NCBI GenBank assembly: GCA_951406725.2
Contig: OX597829.1
Coordinates: forward strand, 42,842,001 to 42,906,000
Direction of reading: 5' to 3'
Length of the DNA: 64,000 nt
Origin: Octopus vulgaris
Lineage: Eukaryota
Under the pieces are notes generated by a model. The model ran no database searches. It saw nothing but the letters and a program-made list of their open reading frames with translations, and was not told the origin of the DNA. The position numbers and the translations under genes are program-made. This document shows, one piece after another, positions 12,862 to 27,130 of this stretch (the first letter of the stretch is position 1; every line of letters starts with the position of its first letter).

Positions 12862-13433
12862 CCACACATACATATTTATAAATACACACACACACACATA
12901 CACACACACACATACACGCACAAATATGAAGTTAATACTTGTGTGCAGTTTTTAATCGTGACACATATGCGTATATGAATTTTCCTGATCGTTTTACTTG
13001 GGTTCATTTAATCTATCCTATGTGTGTATATGCACGCATGTATGTATGTATGTATGTATACGTATGTATGTATGTATGTATGTATGTATGTATGTATGTA
13101 TGTATGTATGTATGTATGTGTGTGTGTGTGTATGCATGTATGTATTTATGTATTTATATATGTATGTAAGTATCTATGTATGTATGTATGTATGTATGTA
13201 TGTATGTATGTATGTATGTATGTATCATGTCTATGTATGTATGTATGTATGTATTTATATATGTATGTAAGTATGCATGTATGCAAATATGTACTTATGT
13301 ATGTATCTCTATCTATCTATCTATATATATATCAATCAATCTATCTATCTATCTGTCTAACTGCTTATCTGTCTGTCTGTCTGTCTATCTATCTATATTT
13401 ATATCTATATCTATATCCATCTCTCTCTCTCTT

Positions 13434-13514
<81 letters not shown>

Positions 13515-13866
13515 CTTGCTGCTTTATTATTTATCTACTTAGTGATCATAAGTATATACATATATATAGAAATAAGAAAAAGAGATGAGACAGAGAAACC
13601 AATGGTTATGTTGAGAACTCTATTAACTTACATCTGTTTCTGCTACGAGATGCAGTGACCTCTTAGTTGAAGGAATTGAATAGTATCTTAATAGCTTCAC
13701 CCGAACCTTGATTATGAAGTGCAATTTATTTGGGAGAAAAAGAATTACACTTTTGCAATATACTGGGAAGACATTACCAGTGAGAATGTCATTACTGTTG
13801 TGTATTAAAAATGTATATCCAAACAGCAATTAGGATTACTAATAAAGAAAAGTAGAAAAAATATAT

Positions 13867-14283
13867 GGTAGGAATGGCTGTGTGGTAAGTAGCTTGTTTA
13901 CCAACCACATATTCCGGGTTCAGTCCCACTGCGTAGCACCTTGGGCAAGTGTCTTCTACTATAGCCTCGGGCCGACCAAAGCCTTGTGAGTGGATTTGGT
14001 AGACGGAAACTGAAAGACGCCCGTCGTATATATGTATATATATATATATATATATATGCGTGTGTGTGTTTTTGTGTCTGTGTTTGTCCCCCTAGCATTG
14101 CTTGACAACCGATGCTGGTGTGTTTATGTCCCCGTTACTTAGCGGTTCGGCAAAAGAGACCGATAGAATAAGTACTGGGCTTACAAAAGAATAAGTTCCG
14201 GGATCGATTTGCTCGATTAAAGGCGGTGCTCCAGTATGGCCGCAGTCAAAATGACTGAAACAAGTAAAAAAGAGTAAAAGAAA
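13867..14283 (+). mobile_element. SINE family A, full length
   Basis: Head, CORE-like block, internal microsatellite and tail all present. Confidence 0.92.
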
Positions 14284-14399
14284 ATATGTATACATGCGTT
14301 CGCACTCGAAAAAAACACAGCGCGTGCACACGCGCACGCACACGCACACACGCGCACGCACACGCACACACGCGCACGCACACGCACACACACATATAT

Positions 14400-14620
14400 A
14401 CAGTCATCTCGCCATGTTGGACTGTTGAACTCTGCACATTTTCTCTCACAGTTTTATTTTTATTCACTCTCCATTCTTTTACCACTTTATCTCACCTGTC
14501 GAAGAGAGTAGGTTAGGAATGAAAAAGACTTTTCCGTTCTTCCCGAGCGTCAAACTAATACACATGCTTCTTGTTCTTAAACCTATCTTCATCTTTTGTT
14601 TTCTGTAAATTTAAACTATA
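14400..14620 (+). mobile_element. Diverged copy of the 4542-4760 element with a decayed HHR
   Basis: Shares CGCCATGTTG, CTGTCGAAGAG, AAAAGACT, GAGCG..AACTAATACA and TCTTTTGTTT blocks in the same order. Confidence 0.65.
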
Positions 14621-14761
14621 TATAATATATATAGGGCAGGAATGGCTGTGTGGTAAGTAGCTTGTTTACCAACCACATATTCCGGGTTAATATTTTTATG
14701 TTTTGGTTTATGTCTATCACTGTTTGAGTTGCCTAATAGTGGTTTTATCTCTAATTTAATT

Positions 14762-14813
<52 letters not shown>

Positions 14814-15249
14814 CTATGTATGGGGGTGATGTAAATTACGCAACAGTTCTCTGCGTCTGTGTATTTACAAACTTAATGAAACACTATCTGTGATTCTGAA
14901 GTTTCTTGGACTAATTGGTGTCAAAAATTATTTTGACACCAAAAATATGGTGTCAAAAATTAAGACCGATTTTCTTACTATCTTAGAACTTGGACTTTTG
15001 TCTGCGCTTAACATTTGTTTTTTTGTTTGATTGATCCATATTCAATTTCAAATATGTATATAGATACTTTGTATTGTTATTAGCCTTTTAAGCCGTGAAA
15101 TTAGTGGTACCAGTCTGCATTATAGCTCTGCATGTAAACAGAGGTCACTATATTTCCGTAAATACTCTTCAGTAAAAACATATAATCACGCTTTGTAATA
15201 GCTTGTATTTTTTCTTCCCTTTTAATTACTTTAGATTAGATAATAATGT

Positions 15250-15512
15250 TTGTTTTGTTTGTTCCTTCTCGAGCCACTCCTGGCTCATAAGGTCTAGTTT
15301 TCCCGGTTTCCAGGTGAGCTGCAAGATGCTGGAGGAAAGAGTGAGAGAATGTTGTGGCGAAAGAGTCAGCAGAAGTTCGCCATTACCTTCTGCCAGAGCC
15401 GCATGGAGCTTAGGTGTTTTTGCTCATAAACACACACATCGCCCGGTCTGAGATTCGAACCCGCGATCCCTCCCCCGCGAGTCCGCTGCTCTAACCACTA
15501 GGACATGTGCCT
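15250..15512 (-). mobile_element. SINE group C (head H1 + different tail T2)
   Basis: Head CCTAGTGGTTAGAGCAGCGGACTCGCGG...GGTTCGAATCTC; tail CTTATGAGCCAGGAGTGGCTCGAGAAGG followed by AAAC repeats. Confidence 0.85.
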
Positions 15513-15670
15513 CATCAGATAATAATGTAATATGATACAACTGAAATCTTACATTGCAAGAAGGCTTCTTTTGTGTTTGCAGCTGATTCCTACATTGACA
15601 GCGCCATTTAGTTCAATTCCCCTATCTAGCGGTTCACCTCTCTGTCGCTAATACACTTAAGTCTTAAACA

Positions 15671-15780
15671 AGGCGGCGAGCTGGCAGAACTGTTTGGGTG
15701 CTGGGCAAGATGCTTAACGGCTTTTCGTCCGCCTCTGTGTTCTGAGTTCAAATTCCACCGTGGTCAACTTTGTCATTCGC
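15671..15780 (+). mobile_element. SINE B head (older copy)
   Basis: GGCGGCGAGCTGGCAGAA...GAGTTCAAATTCC; remainder probably at about 16090-16170. Confidence 0.8.
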
Positions 15781-15796
15781 CATCTAGTAATAGCAG

Positions 15797-16012
15797 TTTC
15801 TTTATTACCCACAAAGGGCTAAACACAGACAGACAAATGGATTAAGTCGATTACATCGACCCCAGTGCGTAACTGGTACTTATTTAATCGACCCTGAAAG
15901 GATGAAAGGCAAAGTCGACCTCGGCGGAATTTGAACTCAGAACGTAGCGGCAGACGAAATACCGCTAAGCATTTCGCCCAGCGTGCTAACGATTCTGCCA
16001 GCTCGCCGCCTC
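15797..16012 (-). mobile_element. SINE B, full length, with 14-bp TSD
   Basis: CATCTAGTAATAGC at 15781-15794 and CATCTAGTTATAGC at 16014-16027. Confidence 0.9.
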
Positions 16013-16633
16013 TCATCTAGTTATAGCGCCGACGCTTTGAGGGAATTTGATAGGCAGAAACAATGAGGAAGCCCATCATATATAAGTAATGTTTTCGGGC
16101 TGAACACAGGGGTTAATGTAATCGACTTAAATCCCTCTCACGAATTTGTTAGCCTCGTACCAAAATCTGAAACTAACGTAATTAAATCTAAATCAATCGA
16201 CTTAATTTATCTCTTGAAAAGTTCCTTGTGTTGCCACAGTCAAACTTGTAAGGATAAACAATATCTGCTACTTTTTAATACTATCAATATTTTGTTAGTT
16301 ACCGATTACTTTACTTTCAAAACGAATGCTTAAAGGCGTCTAGATACAGACCCATATAGGGATCTCTGTGCAATCACTTCATCCGCTATGTATTGCTTCC
16401 CTCATAATATAGTCATAATATTATAAGAAGAAAAAAAACATACTGATATATTTTGTTTTTGATATATCTTGCTTAAATTTCAACTTTCCCTTTAAAACTT
16501 ACATCGAGCATCAAGCTGTGAACGGCCCTTTGACATTTGATGTTTTTGTTTTTGAATTTGCCGATCAGCAATTTCTCTATACATATATGTTTTTGTGTGT
16601 GTGTGTATGTGCGTGTGTATCGATGTGTATAAA

Positions 16634-16672
<39 letters not shown>

Positions 16673-16673
16673 A

Positions 16674-16790
16674 ATTCAGGGTGAATACTTGATAATTGTA
16701 AGCACCTGTATATGCCAGCTAGTAGCATAGGTGATAGGATATATGTATCAAATGAATGTATTTCATTTATTTCATTTGATACATATATCT
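16674..16790 (-). mobile_element. Short fold-back relative of the 48932-49898 element end
   Basis: ATTCAGGGTGAATACTTGATAATT..TAAGCACCTGT matches 48932-48972; 16-bp inverted repeat ATATGTATCAAATGAA/TTCATTTGATACATAT; lies in (TA)n. Confidence 0.6.
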
Positions 16791-16799
16791 ATTTTCATT

Positions 16800-16984
<185 letters not shown>

Positions 16985-17199
16985 TTTTAATAGATATATA
17001 GTCATATATATGATACTATGTCTTGAAATAAAAGGTGAAATAAACATCAGAGATGCTTTGCCCCACACAGAAACGGCAGGAGCTACTCAGAGGCTTTGCA
17101 AGCTCTTATAAATCCAGTGCAACGCTAAAAATCCTTTCGTATCGTCAGTAGGTATTTGAGAGCCACAAGCATTTGTCACCTTAGCCTGTACTCTTCGCC

Positions 17200-18790
17200 T
17201 GAGAGGAACAATGAGGACTGTACTGGTCTTCCCTTATGGAAGGGTTTCACTTGCGTGTTCTTATCAATCAAAACCATCTTGAACTAGCGGCACCTTGATA
17301 GCTGGAAGATAGGTCTGTCCTGCTTTAGATAAAAAAAAACCTACGGCAGCCGACATCAATGGGGAATGAGGCTGTATGTCAGCCCTTGACAAGGACCACC
17401 TCAGCTAAGTCTTGATGTTTCAACTTTGTTACCTGGAAGTAAATATTAAGTCCGTCCACTCAGGGAACCGTTAGTTCGACCAGAATGATTGCTTTATATT
17501 CTCGGAGAAAAGGAACATGTTACTACTATTTCCTATTTGAAAATAAGTCAGCTCTTCCGGTCCACTTGCATCTACCAGTCTGAGGCTAAATGCAAAATCG
17601 AAAACGAGTTCCCGACTATTGCTTTCACCTTGGTAGCTTTATCATCTTCCTTTAGGAATTTGATACCACTCGGTGGTGCTGGTGATAGTGGCTGCTGTTT
17701 ATTAGCCTTTACCTTTTCCAGGTCAGACTACTTGGGAATTCCTGCAAGGTCTTTGTCATGTCTCCACTTGTATCGGCCTTCTCTCAATGCCCTAGGGAAT
17801 CCGGTCAAAGTGTGATTCAGTATGCAAAGGGTAACTCCGCACTACCTGCAAGATGATTCTTTTTCTTTACTCCATATTTTATGGTTGTTTCAATCAATGA
17901 CAGTACGAACGAGGAAGAACTATTTACTTTGGCCAGTGCTCCAGTGTTCCTTTCAGGACAGTGAACGCTCAAATGCCTCGTTCCAGGTAGTGGGTAAATC
18001 CTACTGACTTCATCCGGCGGTCTTCCTCAGTTAAATCACACAGATCCTTTGCACTATAAACTCTCACTTGCTCCCGGTATTGGTGATTTTCCCCCTTTTG
18101 ATGCAATAATTATCAGGTTCTAGCCGTCCCCGACAGACTACTCCAAAATTCTCCTTGTGTTTCCAGTATGTTTCTGCTTTCTTCACAACTTCTGTGGTTT
18201 CATTTTTCTACCACACTTCATGATCTTATTGATGTGTCTGACTTACTCATCCTCAGACAGAAGCAATGTGTTGATAGTTCTTTCCTTCGTGGCTTTAAAT
18301 TCTTCCACCAGGGATGAAATTAGCAGGCGGATCTTAGAGGTCTTTCTGTACAGATTGACTGAACTACCATTTGGGATAACTCCCAGCCACTTCGCATGAA
18401 CTTACTGCGCAGCTTTTCCATTGCCTCATGGAAAAATCGTAAGGCAAAAATAGCCACTAGTCTGGGAAAAATACCATACTGGAAGCAACATATTTTAAAT
18501 CTTCCAAGTAACTGGCTTTTATCAACTGCCTCCAACTAATTTCCTAGTTGGGCTTTGGTATCTTCAGCATTGCCAAAATCCTTAATGGTATGATTGTAAG
18601 TTTTTCCAAGGCAGCGGATTTCTTTTTCTTGGAACGTCGGAATACCAGAGCCCTGAATGCTGAAGGTGCCATTTGTCAGTTTTCCCTTAAGGAAAATCAA
18701 GCTCCGAAATTTCGTTCGGTTGAACTCCATGCGTGGCCATGAGACCATCTTTTCCAGCAAGCTCAATTCCTGCCTTATCTTTAATAATTT
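17200..18790 (-). mobile_element. Degenerate, 5'-truncated HERO-like non-LTR retrotransposon (RT C-terminal part + RLE)
   Basis: LEKMVSWPRMEFNRTKFRSLIFLKGK..IPTFQEKEIRCLGK, VDKSQLLGRFKICCFQYGIFPRLV, IILVELTVP* and IDVGCR match HERO-clade motifs; many stops. Confidence 0.8.
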
Positions 18791-19092
18791 GAATTGCTAA
18801 CAGATACATGACACAGACAGTACAAGAAACAATACCCTCAACATGTTCACTAGTTTCATTAATATTGCTATAATAGATATAGAGACTATCGAAGTATAAC
18901 ATATTGAATATAAAATATATTAAATTTAAAACTGAGTCCTACAACTCGTGGCTATCTACAGTCTTGAACTGGAGTCTCAAGGAAGATCGAAATTCTGCTG
19001 TTGTAGAAAATCCAGGTATCACAGCAGTAAAGCCAACGTGTAGGTCCAGCGAACAATAAAGTTTAATTCAAATGTGAAGGCAAAGAAGTGGG

Positions 19093-19177
<85 letters not shown>

Positions 19178-19354
19178 TCACACACACATGATAACAAAAA
19201 TAGCATGTGAAAGGACTATCTGCAAGGAAACCAGCATTGCATCATTTGTGCCAATTCATTCCACGTAGATGGCACACTAGAGATATATACACACACAGAC
19301 ACGCTTTCATAAATACATACATACGTGAATATATGTATGTATACATATGTGTAC

Positions 19355-19404
<50 letters not shown>

Positions 19405-19406
<2 letters not shown>

Positions 19407-20199
19407 TGATAATGGTGGTGGTGATGATGATGATGATGATGATAATGTTGGTAGCGATGGTTGTGGTGGTGGTGGAGATCATGATGATAATGGCGGGGTG
19501 ATGGTGGTTGTGATGGTGGTGTTAATGATGATAATGATGATGGTAGTGGTGGTGGTGGTGGTGGTGGTGGTGGTGTTAATGATGATGATGATGATGGTGC
19601 TGGTGGTGGTGGTGGTGGTGACGATGACGTGCGTGTGTGCGTGTGTATCTCGTATATATATATATATATGTATGTGTGTGTTGTCTCTGTGATAAACACA
19701 CCAAAAACAGAGGGAGTTTTCTCTCCGTATAACGAATTGGCATCAATAGTATTAGAATTTTGAATTCCTTACCGTTAGTCGTTTCACATCTTTTTTTTTT
19801 TTCTAACACAAGGATGTTGGAGATGAACTGTGGATGCAATGACATTACTAACATCACGCCTTAGACGTAACTCAGTGTTGTGATCACTAAAGCTATCAGC
19901 AAACTAGGTTCCTCATCCTTCACTCCTGCCTTCTCTTCATGGTCTTCGTCATCACCCACGTCATCGTCACCACCACCACCACCATCATCACCACCACCAC
20001 CACCACCACCACCACCACCACCACCACCACCACTACCATCATCATTATCATCATTATCATCATTATCATCATTAACACCACCATCACTACCACCATCATC
20101 ACCCCCGCCATTATCATCATGATCTCCACCACCACCACCACCACAACCATCGCTACCAACATTATCATCATCATCACCACCACCACCATTATCATCATC
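19405..20199. repeat. About 230-bp inverted duplication of a compound microsatellite
   Basis: 19405-19631 is the reverse complement of 19957-20199, including the unique words GTTGGTAGCGATGG, GGAGATCATG and GACGATGACGTG. Confidence 0.85.
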
Positions 20200-20379
20200 G
20201 ACATCATCATTATCATCATCATCATCACCACCACCACCACCACCACCATCACCATCATTACCACCACCATCATCCTCATGACCACCACGATTATCCTCAT
20301 CATCATCACCACCAGCAGCATCATCACCACTACTACCAGCACCAGCACCAGCACCACCAGCACCACCAGCACCATCACC

Positions 20380-20410
<31 letters not shown>

Positions 20411-22039
20411 CCACCACCACCACCACTACCACCACTACCATCATCATCATCACCACCGTCATCATCATCATCTCACCAGCGCCATCACTGCTCCAGCATC
20501 ATCATTGAGGAAAATTTTACTTGAGCTTAAAGCCTGCTAAGTGTTTCCTTCTAATGTCCGCCATATTTTAACTCATTGTTTGTCGATGCATATGGTCCAC
20601 AGCATGTAAGAAAATCAGCACCTATTTATGTTTACTGCCATTGCGATGCATAAATTGTCAAAATTATGTATTTTCAATGCAAATACTTCTTGTTAAGATA
20701 CTGAAGCCATATTTATCCAAATTTATCTTCGTAAAGAGAGAACAGCTTGTAATTAACCTCCAGGGTATAAAAGCGAACGAAACATGCAAAAGAAAGAGGA
20801 ACAAAACAGAAAACAAACAAAAAAAACAAAAATAAAATCAAAAAACAAAACAAAAACAAGATACGTAAAGAAAACAGACAAATAAAATAAAAATATATAT
20901 ATAAAATGAAAAAAAATAGGAGTTTGCTTGGCAACAAGACCAGTAACAACAACAACAGCAACAGCAACAGCAACAACAACGACGACAGCACTAATAACAA
21001 CAATAACAGCGGCTGCAGCAATAATTACTACTAGGCGAACTGTACTTCATCCATTTTGATGTCAGGGAAAATTCAGAATATGAAATAGTACACGCAAACT
21101 CAGACAGATAAGGTAATAAACAGTTCAGTAGATATGTGTTATATTTCTGGCCTCTGTTTTTAGTGGCGATGGTGGCGACAGGACCATCATCGTCTCGGTA
21201 AATACACACACAGCCATTGCCGCAATACCGAATGCTGACGCGAGATAATGAGATACATTATTTTGCTGGCGGGGTTGCCGAAGTTAATGGGTTGTGTGCT
21301 AATGGAGATGGCAATAATGGTGGTGCTGGTAGTGATACTGTAAGGAAGTAGCAACATTATTATACTGCCATGTTACCATTATGGACTAGCCGTCATGATG
21401 GCAGGCAGCGTAATACTGTTGTTCTTTGTTTACAATAGTATTTTGCAATTCATCATTGCAATGTTCCCTGTTCGTGACTGCAACATTGTGGAAATTAAAA
21501 AACATCTATTGTCGTCATTATTATTTGAGTTCAAAATTCCTTCGAGGTCGCATTTACTTTCACTTTCGGGGACGAAAGAGAAACTATGAACAACGGTAAA
21601 TACCCACTTGCTAGTATTTGTGCAAGAGGAAAACGCCAACGATATGATATACCTTCTAGAAAGATCAAAAGAACGGAAACATTGTGGGCATTGAATTGTG
21701 GACAGCCTTCCGGATGTAATTACGAAGGCCCTTTAGAGGGGAAAGACAACGTACAGAAAGGGTATTAATATTCTAATCCCGACCAAAATCCAATTTGAGT
21801 CAGGCCAGGCAAATACTTTAAATGAAATAACGTCCATCGTTGTATGATGGGTATATGGTACCATATATATCACTTTTAAAACAGGGGGCTAAGACACAAA
21901 CAGATTGGGGGATCAAAAGCTGGTAACGCAGCATCTGGAAAGCAAAAAATAAAATGTACTACCCAGGACTCCAGGGGGAAAATGATACCCACATAGAAGC
22001 CCATTGTAGTAGTATTAGTTTTAGTATTAGTATTAGTAC

Positions 22040-22104
<65 letters not shown>

Positions 22105-22105
22105 A

Positions 22106-22239
<134 letters not shown>

Positions 22240-23324
22240 GCAGCGGCAGCAGCAACAGTAGTAACAGTAGTTATTGTTATAATAGTAACAGCAGCAGTAG
22301 CAGTAGCGGCAGCAGTAGCGGTGGTTGTGCAGCAGTTACAGTAACGGTAGCAAGCAACGGCTGTACGTTTTTAGATACTTGAATTTATGATGGCTGCCTG
22401 TAATAAGGAGAGGAAAAAACGGAGTGTAACAACAAGAGAAGCGCATGCAACGAGAGAGAGAGAGAAAGGAGCGGGGTTGTAAGACGGAGCAGAGTCAGAG
22501 GAGATAAAAAGAATAAAGAGTAAAGACTAAAGTTCATAAAGATTATTATTATTCATTTTCAGGCTCAATAAAAATTGTCCTTCATATTTTTTTATATTCT
22601 CCAAATATATTTGTCCCATTTCTATTTAATGATTCTTCTTCATTTTGCCTCGTTGTCTTCTTAATTTTATTATATCAGGAGGAAGTGGAGTAGAGTAGAC
22701 AAGGTCTTTAGGGAAAAATTAAGGGTTGTACTTAGCTATTTCGTGAGTTTTTATGGATGAGAACTTGAACTGGTGTCATTTTCATTGTCAACTTGGCGTT
22801 TTTAACCAAAGCCGCCATTTCTCAGCAAAAGTACATACATACATACACCCGTACGTAGATTCATATAGATACATATATATATATATAGCTATAGATTTAT
22901 AGCCACGTTTATAGATCTGTGTGTATATGTATATGTATATGTATATGTGTATGTACATAAAAATGTGTGTATATGTATATGTATATGTGTGTATATGTAT
23001 ATGTATATGTATATGTGAATGTACGTAAAAATGTGTGTGCGTGTGAGTGTGCGTGTGAGTGCTTGTGTGTTCGTGTGTGCGTAAGTGAGCGATTGTGCGT
23101 GTGTGTGTATGTATGCATGTGTGTGTGTATGCATGTGTGTGTATTTATGTGTGTGCACGCGTGCGCGTGTGATCGGACGCTTTCTTTCGCCACTATATAG
23201 TCACAACGACGCCAATCGTTAAAACACACGACAAACATCATCATCGTCGTCATCGTCGCCATAATCGTCGTCGTCGTCATCATCATCATCATCATCATCA
23301 TCATCGTCATCGTCGTCGTCATCG

Positions 23325-23355
<31 letters not shown>

Positions 23356-23732
23356 TACCATCGTGGTTGTCGACGACATCATTATTGTCATCATCATCAT
23401 CGTCGTCGTCGTCGTCGTCGTCGTAGTATTTAAGTGAACAAAATGAAAACAGTTTTATGGAATAAATATTGATGTAGTAGTTATTGATGTAAGACTTGAA
23501 ATATAGTTCGACTGCCTATATGTATGCCCGCCCCTGTATGTGCATATGTACACACACACAAACACATACACATTCAAACAAACACATACAATTACACACA
23601 CACACACGTATGTAGATTTATATATAGATTCTTTTTGTTACGTATAGTTATGTATAATTATTGAAAGCCATTCGTTAAGTTATCAAATTTTATCTTTACA
23701 AGAAAATGGCTGAAATTGAATTCGTGTATGTG

Positions 23733-23764
<32 letters not shown>

Positions 23765-23964
23765 TGTATGTATGTATGTATGTATGTATGTATGTATGTA
23801 TGTATGTATGTATGTATGTATGTATGTATGTATGTATATATGTATGTATGTATGTATATATGTATGTATGTATGTATCTACCTATCTTTCTGACTTTCTC
23901 TTTGTCTGTCTGTCTCTCTGGTTCTCTCTCTCTCTCTCTCGCTCTTTCTTTCTCTATATATGTA

Positions 23965-24195
23965 CATGTTTTGATTTGTTTCAGATATCTGACTGCGGCT
24001 ATGCTGGAGCACCACCTTAAAGGGTTTTAGCCGAAGAAATCGCCCTCAGGGTTTATTCTTTGTAAGCCTAGTATTTATTCAATCGTACCCTTTCACCGAA
24101 CCGCTTGCTTACGGGGATATAGTCACAGCAACATCGGTTGTGTAGCGTTGTTGGGGGTGGTGGCGGGGACAAACACGGACACAAACACACACATA
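23965..24195 (-). mobile_element. SINE A, 3' half
   Basis: GACTGCGGCTATGCTGGAGCACC...CCGAACCGCT. Confidence 0.8.
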
Positions 24196-24212
24196 AATAT
24201 ATACATACATAC

Positions 24213-24347
<135 letters not shown>

Positions 24348-24404
24348 GAGTGACAAACGAAAGAAGAGCACTCAACCAATTTATTGGAATTACATGTATA
24401 GATC

Positions 24405-24552
24405 AAAACAGTTTGATTAAAATTCGTTGGTACTCTTGAGTCTCAAATGCGATGCTAATCGTCAGCCATTTTGAATTTGAATTCAAAATGGCTGACGACT
24501 AGCATCGCCCTTGAAACTCAAGACTACCAACGAATTTGAACGAAACTGTTTT
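24405..24552. repeat. Imperfect palindrome with about 73-bp arms and almost no spacer
   Basis: Centre TCGTCAGCCATTTTGAATT-TG-AATTCAAAATGGCTGACGA; ends AAAACAGTTT/AAACTGTTTT. Confidence 0.9.
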
Positions 24553-24564
24553 CCTCCACATAAA

Positions 24565-24625
<61 letters not shown>

Positions 24626-24830
24626 TTGTATATATATACTATTAAGATATTTAGTAGAACAAGGGTATAGATATGGTAAATTAGTCGAAACGTTTAACCG
24701 CTGTTTAGATGGGAGGTTTTGAATAAATATGGTGTAATATATAACCTTCAACATAGTAAATATTTGTAAACGTATAATGATTTGGATTGTAGGCTGTCCA
24801 TATTTGGACATTTTACAGGTCACTCTAATT

Positions 24831-24978
24831 GCGTACTACGTCACCAAAATAGTTAAAGATATTTGAGAATGTAGTAGACAGCGCACTACGTCACCAAATA
24901 GTTAAGACATTTGAGAAAGTTGTGGACTACGCAGCACGCCACTAAATAGTTAAAGTATTTTTGAGAAAATAGTCGACT
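24831..24978. repeat. About 50-bp degenerate tandem repeat, 3 copies
   Basis: Unit approximately ACTACGTCACCAAATAGTTAA(A)GA..TTTGAGAA. Confidence 0.8.
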
Positions 24979-25237
24979 TGAACCTCGTGCGTCCAGATAA
25001 CATGTAAACGGTAATACTTTCTATTTTATATTATCTTTTAAACAGTTATATATTTAGCTTTAATCACAACAAGGTTTTTACTAATAATTGTTAATTATAG
25101 GTATTCATTTATTAGTTTCTGATTTAATAAAGTTATTTTAGTATTATCTATTAAATTACTGGTATATGTTTAACATTAAAGCATGTAAGGATAACGAATA
25201 TTTAATACGTATGGGGTGTTTTAATTACTAATTTTTA

Positions 25238-25641
25238 GGTTGTGGCTGTGTTGTAAGTAGCTTGCTTACGAACCTCATGGTTCCGGGTTCAGTCCCACTG
25301 CGTGGCACCCTGTGCAAGTGTCTTCTACAATAGCCTCGGGCCGACCAAAGCCTTGTGAGTGGATTTGGTAGACGGAAACTGAAAGAAGCCCGTTGTATAT
25401 ATGTATATATATATATATGCGTGTGTGTGTATGTTTGTGTGTTTGTGTTTGTCCCTCCAGCATCGCTTGATAACCGATACTGGTGTGTTTACGTCCCAGT
25501 AACAATAGCAGTTCGGCAACAGAGACTGATAGAATAAGTACTAGGCTTACAAAGAATAAGTCCTGGGGTCGATTTGCTCGACTAAAGGCGGTGCTCCAGC
25601 ATGGCCACAGTTAAATGACTGAAACAAGTAAAAGGAAAAGA
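25238..25641 (+). mobile_element. SINE A, full length
   Basis: Same head, core and tail as other family A copies. Confidence 0.9.
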
Positions 25642-26737
25642 GTGTGTAGTTCACTTACAGTTGGTTATATTATTAATTAATTTAAGATCAATCGAGTTTG
25701 TTATGTTTTCGAAAGAATAGAATATAAAATATTTCACGTTTATATTTATAACTATGGAAGACTGGAGGGAATATTATCTGTATGGACATCAAAGGTTAGG
25801 TCGCTATTCAGTTAGACTGCCCAGGTGTCGAAACCATAATGATATCCGTGGGGCAGCTGATGATGGAGATATGTTAGGCTGGTATACCTGTTATTGTATG
25901 AGCGGAATAGTTTTATAAGACATCCATTTGATACATATATATATATATATGATGATGACGACGATGATGATGATGGTGGTGGTGGTGGTGGTGGTGGTGG
26001 TGGCAGTGGTGGTCATTGTAGCTGTTGTGGAGGCCGAAGATATGGTGGTGGTGGTGGTGGTGGTGGCAGTGAAGTTTGTAGTGTTGTTGCCGATGGAGTC
26101 GGTGTCGGTGGTGGTGATAGTGATGATAGTGTTATAGTGATCTCAGTGACAGATATGTGCTGCTGAAGAAGGTGAACGGTAATAGCAGCAGCAGCAGCAA
26201 CAACAGCATTAATGGTGGTGGTGATGGTGGTAGTGGTGGTGGTGGTGGTGGTGGTAGTAGTAGTAGTAGTCGTAGTAGTATAGGAAGGAGGAGAAGGAAG
26301 AGGAAGTCGTAGAAGACAGAAGTAAATGACGTGAAAGAAGAAAATGAGAAGAGAAATGCGCAGGTATTGATGATGATAATGATGATGATGATGATGATGA
26401 TGATGGCGGTGGCAGTGGTGGTGGTGACGTAGATGTCGACGACAATGACGACGACCACATGCAAGGCGATGATGAGAAGAAGCACACCGAACGATTGTTA
26501 GATGATGAGACGCGATACTGGTGTTGCAACTCAGACGAGCCACGGTCGTAATGTTTCGCGCGCTTATAATTCAGTCGTTATTGCTGGTTAGCATGCTATC
26601 CAGAGAAAGAAAGAGAAAAACAAACTGGGAAGATAAAGCGGGCTGGCGGTCGAGACGGGGATCTATAAGCAAAATTGAATGCAGCAAAGCATGTTCATAA
26701 GTATAGAGTGGGTGCTTACGAAGTATGCTAAACTACA

Positions 26738-26906
26738 GGCGCAGGAGTGGCTGTGTGGTAAGTAGCTTGCTAACCAACCACATGGTTCCGGGTTCAGTCC
26801 CACTGAGTGGCATCTTGGGCAAGTGTCTTCTGCTATAGCCCCGGGCCGACCAATGCCTTGTGAGTGGATTTGGTAGACGGAAACTGAAAGAAGCCTGTCG
26901 TATATA

Positions 26907-26937
<31 letters not shown>

Positions 26938-27130
26938 TTGTGTGTGTGTTGCTTGACAACCGATGCTGGTGTGTTTACGTCCCCGTCACTTAGCGGTTCG
27001 GCAAAAGAGACCGATAGAATAAGTACTGGACTTACAAAGAAAAAGTCCCGGGGTCGATTTGCTCGACTAAAGGCGGTGCTCCAGCATGGCCGCAGTCAAA
27101 ATGACTGAAACAAATAAAAGTGTAAAAGAG
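26738..27130 (+). mobile_element. SINE A, full length
   Basis: Starts GGCGCAGGAGTGGCTGTGTGGTAAG; tail intact. Confidence 0.92.

Noticed and set aside
14915-14960. Triple TGGTGTCAAAA in alternating orientation
   Set aside because: Only 11-13 bp long; probably a small local fold-back that cannot be assigned
15145-15180. Minus-strand CTGAAGA-GTATTTAC-GGAAA as a hammerhead
   Set aside because: 2-nt loop, no NUH site and no stem I
24831-24978. 50-bp repeats as a CRISPR array
   Set aside because: Contiguous degenerate tandem units, no unique spacers, eukaryotic context and no cas genes
25857-25900. CTGATGA as a hammerhead core (also about 33163, 34250 and 50048)
   Set aside because: No stem II followed by GAAA and no stem I could be built
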